Assembly (NCBI GenBank): GCA_028023455.1
Contig: JAQFVV010000004.1
Span: forward strand, 15,128,001 to 15,192,000
Source: Epiperipatus broadwayi
Lineage: Eukaryota; Animalia; Onychophora
DNA: 64,000 nt
Direction of reading: 5' to 3'
A program made the position numbers and the translations under genes. Each line of letters opens with the position of its first letter. The stretch's first letter is position 1. The notes below the pieces were generated by a model, which did not search any database, had not been told where the DNA came from, and saw only the letters and a list, made by a program, of their open reading frames with translations. Below, piece after piece: positions 25,701 to 38,460 of the stretch.

Positions 25701-25835
25701 TAATATTTTAAACAGCATTAAACTGTTGCACATGTGCTTTGGATTTTAACATGTGTTCGAAGTGTTTGTAGTCATTCATTTTATAGTTAAAATCCAAAGC
25801 GCATGTGCAACAGTTTAATGCTGTTTAAAATATTA
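25701..25835. repeat. 50-bp inverted repeat with a 35-nt loop (hairpin / MITE-like)
   Basis: 25701-25750 vs 25786-25835, one mismatch at a CpG. Confidence 0.9.
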
Positions 25836-26519
25836 AAGTAGTATCCTAGTAAAATGATTTTTGATTTTACTAAAAAGAAAAAGCCTGACAATTTTTCTGG
25901 TGATTATATTATTAGTGGTTTGGCACAATGATAAAATGAATGTGGAGTTTCATAGATAATATAGGATTTTAGGGTCAGAAGTTCAGTGACCAGCAAGGAT
26001 ATTGATAAGAATGATATTTGGATTAAAAATCCAGATGGAATACAATTGTTTGTTTATTGTGGTCAATTTAAATTTCTTGTAAATGCACTGAAAATAAACT
26101 ATCTGCCTGAAAAATAATGACATTTTATCAAATTAATGGATCATATCAAAGTCTGGTGACTGGTAAGAAAATAGACAAGAATAATGTTTGAATTAAACTT
26201 GTGGGGGTACAGTTATTTACTGATTGGGATAACTTAACTTTTTTTTTTAAATGCATTGAAAGTAAAAATATAATTTTATCAAATTAATATTGATTTACTC
26301 ATTTAGATGGGAGAAGTATTTTGATCTTCTTTTAAATAATGACACAAGAGGTCAAATGACTTTTTTGTGATATATCTATCATATCTACTAATTTATATTT
26401 GGATAAAGATAATCAGTTTAATGAAGTCATAAGATGATGGAGATATGTTAACTCCTAAACTATTGGAATTTTTTTAGAGATGTGTGGATGCATGAAGTTT
26501 TGTTACCTAAATTTTAAGG

Positions 26520-26660
26520 ATGCTTTCATTATTCCAACTTATAAAATTAGAAGGGATAGAAAAGACTGCAGTAATTATTGTGGAATATTACTGTTATTGA
26601 CTGCAACAAAATTATCCATAAATGTGGATTTTTATTACTAGGCAAATGTAAGGTGAATGT
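26520..26660 (+). mobile_element. RTE-type RT N-terminal relic
   Basis: DAFIIPTYKIRRDRKDCSNYCGILLL resembles the W..A.I.P.YK.KGD..DC.NYRGI.LL motif. Confidence 0.6.
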
Positions 26661-26844
26661 GCAAGACATGATTCAGATGATTCTTTTATTGAATTGGACA
26701 AAAATATTTGTATCATTGTTGAAATTGGCTGCTTATCCTTCAAAGTTTTTATATTCCAGTTTATCCATGATAGTGGAAAGTGGGGTATTTGAATACCAGT
26801 ATTATACAGGGCTAATGTATTAGCTCAGACTTCATAATTTATGA

Positions 26845-27105
26845 CAGTTTTCAATTGGATGGATGGTTGGAGTGTGGAGTGGATTGAAGCCCTGTCAATT
26901 AAAGTATGAAGATATCTGAACACTTATTGCATATATGTGTGGAGATGATAATCTGGACCAACTGATGATTGCTGGATTAGCATGAAATACGTATATTGGT
27001 GATTATTTATCTTTTCGACATATATGTGTTCAAGTGTATCAGTGATATGAGATAGAGTGGTGAGCGGTGGGTCATGTAAAAGTCTGTGCTCATACACCCT
27101 ATATA
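26845..27105 (+). mobile_element. H2 hammerhead-family copy
   Basis: Reverse-complement homologue of the 16221, 35641 and 55790 copies. Ends GTCTGTGCTCATACACCCTATATAT. Confidence 0.85.
26948..27006 (+). ncRNA. Type I hammerhead fold (H2), core intact
   Basis: ATAATC-tgg-ACCAA CTGATGA tTGCT-ggatt-AGCAt GAAA TACGTATA|TTGGT-GATTAT. AUA triplet, palindromic TACGTA. Stem II closed by T.T. Predicted cut after 26995. Confidence 0.75.
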
Positions 27106-27346
27106 TGATAGTAGTTTTTGTAAAGTTTATAAATAGCTTCAATGGAACAGGTTTTAAGATATGATATAAATTTGATAGTGATGTTTTTAATTCAAACTTA
27201 TTAAAACAAAAACCCAAAAATTTATATTTTTGTTATCTAAATTTACAATAAGCTGATGATTATGCTATTTTTATCAAATTCAAGAGAATATATATATAAA
27301 ATACATATTTTGCGGGTTCATCCGTGTTAAAAACTTTTAATATCAA

Positions 27347-27392
27347 TATACTGACGTTTCGACTTGGTCACACAAGCCATCCACAGAGTATA
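27347..27392 (-). ncRNA. Minimal hammerhead, one core change (A6 to T)
   Basis: Minus strand TATACT CTGTGGA-t-GGCTTG-tgtgac-CAAGTC GAAA CGTC|AGTATA. Stems I and II are 6 bp each. Confidence 0.65.
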
Positions 27393-27539
27393 TATATATA
27401 ATGTTCATAATGTTTTGAATGCAACCATATAAAGGCTTTGGTTTGATAATTAATGTTCAAAAAATTCATTTGCTCTATTACCTAGTGATGGGTGGAGAGG
27501 AGTCTTAGGTAACTTTATCTTGGATCGTTATCAATTTGA

Positions 27540-28190
27540 GAGTGTGAATCAAATATTTTGATAGCTCTGTATAGAAAGGTTGATTTAAATATTGAAGTGC
27601 AACACACTCTTGCTCCTGATATATTTACCATGTTAAAATATAGAGTATTTTGTTGTAATAAATTAAATACTTCAGCTAAATTAATTATATGCAGGGATTA
27701 TATTATGCCAAATTTATTGAATGGAAGTGAATACGAAATTTCTAACATGAGAACACAAAATCACTTTAAAAATTTCATTTAATTATGCTCCATAATATTC
27801 TGAAATGATGATGGGTAGATGATCATTTAGTCTGCTGGATGTGATGATATTGACTCTATTTTTATAAGAGATTGTTTTAGTTAGGTTGGAATTTGAAATG
27901 AATGAATTCTTACAGATTCCCTTTAAAAAATGGTACTTTATAGTAAACTTTATTATGGTAGTCATAAGAAGCATCTCAGAGAGATTTTAAAACCACGTTA
28001 TTAATCTGCTTTTGTTGAGACGATATGACTGATGTTAGAATACAACAAAGAACTATAATATTTCTCCAAATTTAATCCAATTTCTGATACATAGAATCTC
28101 TTCTTCACATCATACGTACAAACTTTCTTATTTCATCTATCTGTCTTATATGTGGTCTCCATCTTTGGGGATTTAGCTTAAAACTTCAAT
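27540..28190 (-). mobile_element. Decayed LINE 3' relic (L2/CR1-like)
   Basis: Minus-strand remnants WRPHIRQIDEIRKFVRMM and TSIFKSTFLYRAIKIFDS resemble the C-terminus of L2/CR1-type RTs. Confidence 0.4.
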
Positions 28191-28886
28191 TATTCATTTA
28201 TATATATATATATTTAATGCCATTCTTATTGTAAATTAAATATAGGAAGGCATATAAGACAGAGGTTTTATTGAGCTTCTACTTCTTATAATTGATAATA
28301 ATAGAGTTAGTATTGGAAATAGAAAAATTCTTTATATCAGATGAGTTTCTAATATAGTGCAGCAATACTTGTGAATAGTGAGGATAAATTTATCAAAATG
28401 TTTGTTCTTTTAGATTAATGTATTGTTTGCGCAATTTACATTTATACAAAATGTTATTATAGCCATGCACATAAGATTATATAAAGAAGATTATAATCTG
28501 ATATTATAATTTATACAAAGTGTAACTAATGAAAGTATTGTTAAATTAAATAACTTTTTTTTTATTGAGGAAATTATAAACAGAAATAGGAATTGAATTT
28601 TACCATTACATTACATTTGTGCAGTGTAATATATCAATATTTACTTATATGGATAGAAATTGTCCATTCTTTATGAAAATATTTATGCTTTTGTTTTATA
28701 GATTATAACACTATATGTATATTGTACTGGTAAATATGCATAAAATGCTTTCTTATTTTTTAATTAACCTTATGTAGTGATAATACTTTAATGATTTGGG
28801 TTTGAACTCTAAGATATTCAAGTTTCTTCAAGTATATATTGATAATGATAAATGTAGAAATATCTCACTACATAGATTTGTAAAGC

Positions 28887-29386
28887 ATCACATGATCATC
28901 ATCTCTTATGCTAACACATAACTGTTATTAAACAGGCAAAACTCTCTATACAGTAGTGCCACCCTGTGCCAACTAGAGTAATCAATGGATGTCAGATGGC
29001 TTGTGCATAAAATCCCCGTCTAGTGTCTACTCATCCAATATCACCAGACTAGTTTCTGGCTTGTGGCCTTCATCAATGAGGAGCCTTGGATCTGAGAGCA
29101 CTGCACCTAGATCTTAGGATCTAATGCAACCCTCCATCAGCCACCTTTTATTTCTACTTAACTACAAAACTATGGGAATGAAATTGAAAACACAATAATA
29201 TTTTCAATCTAAGCTCAATAGCTTATATAATCATATGTGTCTGAACTCAGTTCAATACCCATACATTTTGGTGTCTTTGGCCCTTTAACAACCATAGCCA
29301 CCACTATCCTATTAGGCAGGATCCATTGATTACTCTGGTTGGCACAGGGTGGCACTACTGTATAGAGTTTTTGCCTGTTTAATTTT
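28887..29386. mobile_element. H1 fold-back copy B
   Basis: Tail, long minus-sense arm with HHR (TTGATGA variant), and ~60-bp inverted arm 29321-29383. 14-bp TSD TAGATTT(G/C)TAAAGC (28873-28886, 29387-29400). Confidence 0.9.
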
Positions 29387-29954
29387 TAGATTTCTAAAGC
29401 TTATAAATCCAGTTTAACTCAACTAAAATCAATTCAACAACAGGAATGATAATGATGATTTTTATTATCACAATCACTCTCAGGTATTTTGTTTGTTTAC
29501 AGTTAGTTTTTATAGAAATACCAGATACCAAACTTTCTCAAAAAGAGAATGTTTACTTGAATTTATTTTAGATAATAACCATCATCATTTACCAATTTTT
29601 ACCATGACACCCAGACACATCACAAAGTGGTTCACATGTTCTCAGAGCTGTGGATATTTTTACTAACTAGCATATGTGTGTGTTTAGGTTATAACATTTA
29701 ATCATATATAAAACAAAATGAATAAATGGATTAATAAATAACAAAATAATTTATTAACGCAACAAAGTGGTAGATTGATTGTAGTTATGTAAATTTCAAG
29801 GTAAATTTCCACCTTACATACAATTATTAAGATGATTATAATAATAAAGAGTTCATATATTTTATTCTCTCTCCATTCAGTAATTTCAAAATTGATCATA
29901 GGCTACTCAATCAGTTTGCAACCAACAAATTCATATGGTTAATTTTCACTAAAC

Positions 29955-30350
29955 ATCACATGATCACTTTCTTATGCTTGCTCATAACTGTTATTAAAAC
30001 AGGCAGAGCTCTCTGTACAGTAGTGCCACTCAGTGCAAGCCAGGGTAATCAATGGATGCCAGAAGGCTTGTGCATAAAATCCCTATCTAGTGCCTACTCA
30101 TCCAATATCCCCAGACTAGGTTCTGGCTTGTGGCTTCTGGAGGATTGCATTAGGTCCTAAGATCTAGGTGCAGTGCTCTCAGATCCAAAGCTCCTTACTG
30201 ACGATGGCCATAGGCCAGAAACTAGTCTGGAGATATTGGATGAGTAGGCACTAGATAGGTATTTTAAGCATAAGCTTTCTGGCATCCATTGATTACTCTG
30301 GCTTGCACTGAGTGGCACTACTGTATGGAGAGTTCTGTCTGTTTTAATAA
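29955..30350. mobile_element. H1 fold-back copy C
   Basis: Tail, left arm to about 30134, then inverted arm 30136-30350. TSD not resolved. Confidence 0.9.
30183..30241 (+). ncRNA. Type I hammerhead ribozyme, intact core (H1 copy C)
   Basis: ATCCAA-agc-TCCTTA CTGACGA TGGCC-ata-GGCCA GAAA CTAGTC|TGGAGA-ta-TTGGAT. One C.A mismatch in proximal stem I. Predicted cut after 30227. Confidence 0.8.
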
Positions 30351-31173
30351 TGTTTATTTTTCTGTTCAGTGATTTCATGTAGATATATATAAAAAGGTCA
30401 GTCATATAATATTGAATCCATTTCCAATAGGTAAATTCAGATATTCATTTTCATCTCACTCAGCAGTTTTATGTACAAATATAAAATAATTAATATTTTT
30501 ATATTTTTTTCAACAAACAGTTCATCTATTTCAGTCCTTTTAATCTTATTATTCATCAATCTTTAGCATTCTTTATTCTAGGTTTCATTTGTTTTCTTAA
30601 TTATCTTGGTCCTCTTTTTATCTGTATATGAAATGAATCTTTTCTTTTTAAAGATTAGACACATAGTTAAGCGTCATATTAGTGTAGTCCATATCAAATA
30701 TATGCAAATTTTTGGCAATTTATCTATGTAGTTCAGTCCTTCCCTTTTCTGGAAGATTATAAAAGTTGGTATTAAAATTTCTTATTGGCTTCATTTATTG
30801 GATTGGATGGTATGCTTGGAGTTTTTACCTAGCCTTCCATATTAAAAAGGTTTCCTGATATAATAAAACATTTTTATAGCTTCTCTTATAAGCTTGCAAT
30901 TCAAATTAGCTTAGCAGCAAGGCTAGTTCTTCTCTGTATGGCACATGTCAACTGCTTTACTATATATTTTTTGTTTTAGAATTTAATTTATCCACACTGG
31001 AACAAAGCTGACTGTCGACTGCCTGTTTTTTCTGTCTGCCACATTATCTAATATATGAACTGTAATATAGATTATCTTCTTTATTTTTTATGGCACCTAC
31101 CATACTGATAAATAATGGTGGACTCCAGAGAAAATATTCTCTAGTATTCTTTATCAAAAGGAAAAAATGTCTT

Positions 31174-31252
31174 GCATTGGTGGTCGAGAGGTCAGCGCGA
31201 TTGCCTTGCTCTTGCAGGCCCGGGTTGTGGGTTCCAGCCGATGCTATGACAC
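31174..31252 (+). mobile_element. tRNA-derived SINE-like copy
   Basis: GCATTGGTGGTCGAGAGGTCAGC...GGCCCGGGTT...CCGATGC-TATGACAC. Confidence 0.7.
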
Positions 31253-33419
31253 TTAAAAAAAGGAAAAGCAGATTTACTCATCATGTATTCATTCTTGGCC
31301 AATATTCTTCAGGAGTTGCTTCATAAAAATTAGTTTATGTAAATTATTTTCTCAGCATCCTCATATTGTTTATCCCAACACTGATACTTGGCCTTCTTTT
31401 ATCCTGCAGAACTTTCACTTGGTTTTATTATTATTATTTATTTCTCATTCAATTTTGTAAATAGGTTAAAAATTTAACATTGTATATGATAAGGTACAAT
31501 TGAGGAAAAGATTAACTAATTCATAATTCTTCTTATTTAACAATCACTTTTATTTTTAATATAGTAGATTTATAGTCTGAGGATTAATGATAAATTCTGA
31601 TCAATTGCTGTCAGTTTAAAAAAACACACATTTTTATTTTTCTGAGAGAGGATTCAGTTATGAATGTTATTAGTCTTTTCTTTAATGTTTATCTAATAAC
31701 TTTGTGTTGAATTATTAATTAGGGCTCCACTTTGTTATTTATATTCTGTTGATATTTGAGACAGATTTAATTAATTCATGCTTTTTAATAGTGATTTTTT
31801 AAATTACTTATGTAAACAGATATCAGTTTTTATTTATTTTTTAATCATGCAATGAAAAATAAAATTCACTGAGGAACTCTTGGAAATTTTGTTTCAAGTA
31901 ATCGACCATAGTCACTTCAGTCAACTACTAATATAATTATTGGTTAGTAAATGGGTATCTTAGCATCATTAGTCAGAACGTAAAAGTCTCCAGTTAATTT
32001 GAATTGATCAAATGATTGTCAGTGAGTTGACAGTCAAAACAAAATATGATTGCAGTATGTAAGTACTGTATTCATTATTTAGAGCACTGAATTTATCTTT
32101 ACATTTTTAACATTAATTAAGTAATCTTCGTCATTCTAATAGCTAAGATAATCCTAAAACTAATAGATAATTAATCTATGCTCATTGACATATATTTATA
32201 ATGTATTAAAAATAAGACTGACAGATGATGATAATTTTTTTTATTATCTGATAAAATATTTTTTTTATCAGAAAATTCAAAAGTATGCAGTACCTACTAT
32301 TGATTCGAAAACAGTGATAAAAAAGGTAAATAATAATTTATTTATTTTTTCAAATTATTTTTAAATAATTGATAAAAATTTTAATTAATGTAACTCAAAA
32401 ATAAAACTATTTTGGTTTAAATTACAGAAACAAGAATGTAAAACTCACCCTTATAAGCAAATATAGATCATCATCACCATCATTATGAGCAGTCACTAGC
32501 AGACAAATATGACCTTTCCATCTCTTAGAGTAAAAAAAAGAAAAGCCAATATAAAAAGAAATGTCAATGAACAAAAATTTAAGAAACAAAGAATAAAAGA
32601 AAAGATTATAGAGTCAGAAGCAGATAATTAAGGGTAGTTGATCAAAATATAGTCCCATTGCTACTGATAATACAGAGAATCATAGAGGTTCATGACACCC
32701 AAATTTTGTATTAATCTAACTAACTGAAAATTATAAGATAAAACAAAATGGAGTAAGAATAATAATGATTAATTTAGTTGTACAAGTTATTTGTGATTTA
32801 TATAATTTGTTTCGTTTTGAATGCTTTTTTTCAGAGATACATTTTAGGTCAACTAGATGAAGATTGTAGTTGTCTTACTCTGAATGTTAATCAAATATAT
32901 ATGAGGTCATAAGTCTATTTAGAACCTGCTACATGGAATTAATAAAACTTGTTCTATAGAAGTGTTTGGTTAGCTATGTCAAGATTGGAAGTAATTAATT
33001 TCATAATATTGTTCTCGTAAATGATATCCAAATTCACCATCTTCTTTGAATTTAAAAATTAATGAATTAAGTATTACATTCAACTGTTTTGATATGAGTA
33101 CAATCTTAATATTTTGAAAATATATGGAAGCATTGTTGATATGACTTACTGGCAATATTAGTACTAATCTTATCTTAATATCCTTGAGAAGAGAATATAA
33201 TAATGAAAAGTCTGAATACATTATTTTAAAAAGTATGACTGAAATGCAGAAGAAAAAGCACTGTTAAAATAGATTTTCTCAGCAAAGTAAATATTTATGA
33301 ATCCGAAATAAATTTTTTGCATAACTAAGTTAATTTGCTTAACCCAATTTATCAATGTTATTTCTCAACTGTATGGCTTTCAATCTATAACAATAAATTT
33401 CTCACTACTTTTTTTTTTG

Positions 33420-33550
33420 CTGATGTTCTCTTTTCTTCATAGCGTAAGCATGTGTTTTAAAGACCTACAGAGGTCCCTAGTGACGATTTTTTCAGACGCT
33501 CATTGCTAAGGTTTACAGCCTTGTTAAAACTATTACTTATTAATCCTGTA
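33420..33550 (-). repeat. Diverged fragment of the ~345-bp unit at 59606-61060
   Basis: CTCTTTTCTTCATAGCGTAAGC...AAGACCTACAGAGGTCCCTA...AGCCTTGTTAAAACTATTACTTAT matches the reverse complement of the unit. Confidence 0.7.
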
Positions 33551-33814
33551 AATTTGTTCGTAGCAGTCATTTTCAAACCTGCACATATTATTAATACTGA
33601 TTTTTTAAAAAAATTAGATATGTAAAGATTTGCTCCAGAATAATCTATTAAAAGCCTTGTGTCATTGGACTTTGCACTCTAATTTTATCATGATAAGTTT
33701 TATAATCATCTGATTAACTTCTCAGATACATAAAAACAATCTTTTCCTTTCACCATCTTTGTTATCACTTTAGTTTTTTTAATCTTTATTTTCATTCATT
33801 TCATCAGTTCTATA

Positions 33815-34146
33815 TAAAATCAGTTGGATGAGTAAAATAACAAATGAAGAAGTTTTGAAAAGAGTAAACGAGGAAAGAAGATTGATTAAGAATATCGGAG
33901 AGAGAAAGAGAAACTGAATTGGACATCTATTGAGAAGAGATTATAGTGTAATGAAAGATGTTTTGGAGGGAATGGTGAGTGGAAATAAAAAGAAAGGAAG
34001 GAAGAGATTGATATTGGATGATATAAGAGATGGGAATTCTTATGGGGAATTGAAGAAATGGACAAGGAAGAGAATGGAATGGATGAATTGAGGTTGTGAC
34101 TACTCTCTGGACCTGTCTATTGGACAGAATACTATTGATTGATTGA
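33815..34146 (+). mobile_element. 3' end of an RTE LINE
   Basis: ISWMSKITNEEVLKRVNEERRLIKNIGERKRN*IGHLLRR...EGMVSGNKKKGRKRL followed by a (TTGA)n tail. Confidence 0.85.
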
Positions 34147-35640
34147 GTATAGTTTAATTAAAGGAATAGGAGAATATAAATTTTCAAAACACCCGTTATA
34201 CATTCCTGTTGTTGTAGCTATTATTATTGTTTACATGATACACAAATATGGCGAGATTTTTACGAGTCAGTGTTGTGAGTTTATTGCCATTTTTCTTAAA
34301 TCTCCTCCCGCCCCAACATACACACAAAGCGGTATGATTTTTCTTTTCAAGTGTCTAATAGTTTATATATAAACTGTTGAATTTTTGAGGGCAAAAATAT
34401 AGGTATTTGCAAATTTACTTTTTTATATACATTTAAACACAATCAATTTAACAGGAAAAAAAATTAGTTTTTCAATTTCCAGATATATCAAAATTAATGC
34501 AGAAGTTAGTAATTGAAGGCAGAGGGCGCTAAGAATCATGGATCACTTTTGTCACCTATAACTATAGACCTCTTTTAAGTAAAGAAACATTCCATAAAGT
34601 GGATGAACTCTTAGGATAGTTGGTCCTTTTGTTTAAATTTGAAGGAAAGATGAAACAATTGACTTTATTCTAAAAGCACAAATATTATATCAAAAGCTCA
34701 AGTTAGATTTTTAATAAATATAAAAATGAAAGAGAGAAGCAATAAGATTAGCTATTCTATTAATAACTATCAAATATCACATGATCACCAATACTTGTGA
34801 ATAGACTGAACAATCTTTTAAAACATTAGAAAAGTGAAAGTAAAAAAAAAACATACATTAGAGGAAAAAAAAATTAAGATAAATGCTTTGAGAAAATGTT
34901 GACCAACAAAACAATTTTATTTCAAGATTATAATATGCTTCATTGAAATTAATCAACTACTAATGATCTGTAAATTAATTATTAAAATATTGGATTAGAG
35001 GTAACAGCTATTTTTTTTTAAGAAAAACCAGTATCCTCATCTTCATAAATATTAGAATATCTTACTTCAACTAGAAATATTTTAAGTTATTAAACTTAGA
35101 ATATAGATTGGACTTACATGAACTCAATAATATGTTTCGTGTGACTTTCTTTACTTACATTCAATATATGCTTTAAGGAGCTGTAATTCACCTTTTCTAG
35201 AGCCATCTATTGTAAACTTGAGTAATCAACAGTTATTAAGTGATACTTTTAATAATTAACTATCTTCACTGAAGAGCAGGGTTTCTCTCATAATCTTTAC
35301 AAGCAAAGTTTTTTGGATTCACTATCGTAGAGCATTTTGGAATCTCAGGTTATTAACTTGCATAATATGAAAAAATTAAAGATGGCGGTGATTATGAGTG
35401 TATTTTTACTTCTTAAAATTGCCAATAGCTGGCAATATGGATTAAGAACTATCATCTAATCTCCATTGATTACAGAAGGTGATTCTGTAGTAGAGAAATA
35501 GTGTGAATTACTATTTCCAAAAATATACCAAGTATTCTGCTAAAAATAGCTATTTAAATAGCAAGGACAAAAGGCAGTATTTTATGATTTTTTTTTTCCC
35601 TAGTATGAAGACCATGTGGTATACTAAAACAATGAAATAT

Positions 35641-35880
35641 ATAATATATAGGGTATATGAGCACAGACTTTCACACGACCCTATCTAATAACACTGATAC
35701 ACTTAAACACATGTATGTTGAAAAGATAAATAATTACCAATATACATATTTCATGCTAAACCAGCAATCATCAGTTGGTCCAGATTATCATCTCTACACA
35801 TATATACTATAAGTGCTCAGATATATATTAAGATAGACAATCCTCATACTTCAATGGACAGGCTTCAATCTACTCCACAA
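35641..35880 (-). mobile_element. H2 hammerhead-family copy; HHR core intact at 35731-35789 (-)
   Basis: Minus strand ATAATC-tgg-ACCAA CTGATGA tTGCT-ggttt-AGCAt GAAA TATGTATA TTGGT-AATTA. Confidence 0.85.
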
Positions 35881-36149
35881 AATAATTTCTTTTAAGTGGG
35901 ATATTTTAAATTATTTTTATAATTCTTAGGCATAGTAGCATTTTGTAAAATGATATCGAAAAATGCTAAACTTAAAATAAAATTTTCAAGATACAAAATG
36001 GCATTGTGATATTAGACCGAACATTATTTGAGCAATAAGAAGAAAGGCTAGTGTAATTAATAAAGATATAACCATCATGAAAATGGGTTTCGGAAAAATA
36101 TATATATACACATTTAGCTGTAGTAATAAAGAAGAAGACAAAGTACCAT

Positions 36150-36990
36150 ATACAATAAAAACTTATTTGGAAATTTCACACATTTTAAATGAAAAAGAGA
36201 TACATAATTAAATCTTAAAGAATAGAAAAGCTTTCTAAATTGTTAGAATAATTATAAATATTTTTAAAAGAATTTGGTGAAGAAATAGTGAAATTGATGG
36301 CAAAACTATATATCAAATATCTACTTTGTAAGGACATACCAGATGTTTAAAAGAATTTAATAGTAAGAAAGGATAGAAATAGAATTTATCAGCCTTTTAT
36401 TAATTCTCTATAAAATGTTTTCTAAATGCATTACAAATTGTTTACAAAGAATTGTGGATGAAGTCACTAAAAATGATATTAATAATCGTTTATGTCCAAA
36501 TATTAAGAAAAAAATTAAAGAAAGTATCAACAACTACAAGCTGATATTTTCCATTGTATTTGTAGATTACTTTGTCCATAACCATTTCTTTTGAAATAAA
36601 ACCATGGGAACTTCATGATTTAATCCAGGATATTATTAAGTTTTGAAAAATATTTATCAAAATGCAACAACTGTAATTAGACTACATAATGCATAAGGAT
36701 GTTATTGTTGTGGATGTACATCACTTATTTAGCAATTATTTTGTGGATTAAATAGTCATATAAAAGAAGATTACTTAAGTCATCTAAATTTTGCAGATTG
36801 TTTTTCCAAATGTTCAGAGCTGCAGGAAATGCTGCAAAAACTATCAGATGAAATCAAGAAAATAGAATTAGTGATACATATTAAGAGAACAAAAGTAATG
36901 TTCATTGATTTTTCACAAACGGAGAAGAAAATGAAGACTGATAGTAGTGAATTAGAAGGAAACGATTGTAAATTCTTTGATCAATTTAAA
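36150..36990 (+). mobile_element. Heavily decayed RTE-like RT relic
   Basis: LNFADC...SELQEMLQKLSDEIKKIELVIHIKRTKVMF near 36785-36905. Confidence 0.5.
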
Positions 36991-37499
36991 TGGAATTAAA
37001 GTTTTATGAAATACTTTTGGTATAAATATTAGGATAGAAAAAGTAAATGTATTAATCTTTCAATTAAGAAAAGTTTTCAATAAATGTAACTTATTGGTCT
37101 GAGATTTAGATAGAAGAGTTATATAGGGAATGATGACTAGACAATGTAAATCACTAGATGAAGTAAGAGATGGAAATAAAGCAAGGGTGGCATATTGTGA
37201 TAAAAGATAATGAAGGGGTAACTGGATCTCAAATTTAAAAAGAAATCACATGTGAGATAAATAGATCTAAGAAGGAATGTCATTGGGGTGATATGTAGAA
37301 AACTATATGGATCATAGAAAACTGAATTTAAGTTGCATAGGATTTCATACAATAGTAAAATGATAATAGTGTACCAACAATATATAAAAAAAAACTGACA
37401 GAACAAAATATTAAACATAAGCTACTCATTCAGTACTAGACTTTTGCTTTAAAAAAGTTCTATAAAAAATATTGGATTAACAATAAAAATCATTTCAAG

Positions 37500-38460
37500 T
37501 CAAATATAATTCATCATTATTTCTAACCATTCAATTGATCCAATAAAAGTGAAGATCCCTCCAATCTATAGCCTCTCTTTCACATTGCTCCAGCAAACTT
37601 CCATATTTTGTTCATAGTCGGTTTTAATTATTTTACAATCTCATGTGATTCACTTTAAGATTTTAACTATCCATCTATTGTAATCTCTTCTAGTAAGTTT
37701 CATTTTATTTTCTTAATTCTTTCATAATGTTAATGTTATCTATTTTTCCATTCATGTGTTTCACTTCTTGTTACTTCCAACATATATCTTCTATGTCTCT
37801 ATTGCTCTTTTATTAAGTGTCCAAGTTTCAAATTCATATGTAGGAATGATAAATACATCTATTAAAAAACTTTTCCTTTTCAAATATATATATATTTAAT
37901 CCAATAAACATCACATGATCACCATTTCTTATGCTTGCTTATAACTGTTGTTAAAACAGGCAAAACTCACTATACATATTGCCACACACAGCGGATGCCA
38001 GAATGCTTGTGCATAAAATCACCATCTAGTGCACAAGATGATGGGCTTGAATTGAAAATATTAAGGTGTTTTCAATTTAAGACTCATAGTTTTGTAGTAA
38101 AGTGGAGATAAAAGGTGGCTGCTGGAGGGTTGCATTAGATCCTAAGATCTGGGTGCAGTGCTCTCAGATCCAAGGCTCCTCACTGACAAAGGCCACAACC
38201 CAGAAACTAGTCTGGGGATATTGGATGAGTAGGCACTAGATGGGGATTTTAGGCACAAGCCTTTTGTCATCCATTGATTACTCTAGCTTGCTGTGTGTGG
38301 CAATAGGTATAGTGAGTTTTGCCTGTTTTTATATTTTTAAGCATGCCAAGTTTAATTTTACAATTAATTTCATTCTGTTTCCATCTGTGATACTAATCAA
38401 CCCAATGTATTTATAATTATTTATCTCTAGTTCATGATTTATCAATCTTTATCTCTTTTT
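37500..38460 (-). mobile_element. Decayed RTE 3' relic interrupted by H1 copy D
   Basis: Minus-strand YKYIGLI...ACLKI (right of D) and LKRKSF...PTYEFETWTLNKK...MNKIWKFAGAM (left of D). Confidence 0.55.
37910..38330. mobile_element. H1 fold-back copy D (HHR on + at 38168-38226 with CTGACAA, G8 to A)
   Basis: Tail, internally deleted left arm to about 38030, long inverted arm to 38330. TSD not resolved. Confidence 0.9.
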
